A model generated the notes under the pieces. The model worked only from the letters and a program-made list of their open reading frames with translations, was not told where the DNA came from and searched no databases. A stretch of 23,875 nucleotides of DNA, the filler included, from an uncultured bacterium (GTDB lineage Bacteria; UBA8481), in the NCBI GenBank assembly GCA_964499705.1. It is 3 parts of 3 records of this genome, joined end to end, with 100 filler letters (N's around TTAATTAATTAA, not from the genome) between each part and the next. Parts side by side here need not be neighbours in the genome. Positions count along the whole stretch, not along the records: positions 17,989 to 23,875 come from CAZCME010000043.1; 2 more parts are not named here. One strand, written 5' to 3'. The translations under genes and the position numbers were made by a program. Position 1 is the stretch's first letter. Each line of letters begins with the position of its first letter. This document shows positions 23,771 through 23,875 of this stretch, in pieces.

Positions 23771-23805
23771 GACATATTGTCGCGCATATCAAGACACTAT
23801 GTCAA
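23771..23805 (-). promoter_or_regulatory. M-S promoter overlapped by two GACN5GTC sites
   Basis: Minus strand TTGACA (23805-23800), 18 bp spacer, GACAAT (23781-23776), 5 nt, ATG. Sites are GACATATTGTC (23771-23781) and GACACTATGTC (23793-23803). Confidence 0.75.
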
Positions 23806-23821
23806 CTATTAATTTATGGCG

Positions 23822-23875
23822 TGTACGCGCAAAGTAGTAAGTTCCGCTTCTGCAAAGTAGAAAGGACCGCCCCGG
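23822..23875 (+). mobile_element. Terminal 54 bp of the same IS (TGTACGCGCAAAGTAG...)
   Basis: Inverted identity with 10277-10330; TGT terminus; repeats GCAAAGTAGtAAGttCCGC and GCAAAGTAGaAAGgaCCGC at a 23-bp period. Confidence 0.8.

Noticed and set aside
23779-23807. dif/XerCD-like site (GTCGCGCATAT-N7-CTATGTCAACT) next to an IS1202-like end
   Set aside because: The spacer is 7 rather than 6 bp and the IS lies 14 bp off the XerD-like side. The same bases are better explained as the TTGACA -35 plus GACN5GTC sites. Not fully excluded.

Overview
The window joins three unrelated contig pieces from a high-GC bacterium, probably a draft or metagenome-assembled genome. Two artificial 100-bp linkers (N44-TTAATTAATTAA-N44) separate them, so adjacency across the linkers means nothing. 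Piece 1 (1-10175) holds a secreted papain-fold protein missed by the ORF track, a divergent operon (small ORF, secreted GH15 glucoamylase, serine hydrolase with a heptamer repeat in its 5' end), and an apparent xylG-xylH-pilB-pilC operon. Piece 2 (10276-17888) holds an IS end, a small Cys-rich ORF ending in GG, and an operon of two Asp-box beta-propellers plus a MoaD/ThiS-like protein with a masked GG. It also carries a TIGR04282 glycosyltransferase and a defence-like patch (DUF2075 nuclease-helicase, wHTH-MNT/HEPN pair with tandem operators) next to tRNA-Gln. Piece 3 (17989-23875) holds prfC (partial), rlmN, a GAF plus degenerate GGDEF protein, and an AT-richer AhdI-like restriction-modification system (M, half-size S, convergent R). 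The M promoter has two GACN5GTC sites sitting on its -35 and -10 elements, no controller gene is seen, and a second copy of the same IS end follows. All calls come from motif reading only; no database searches were run.
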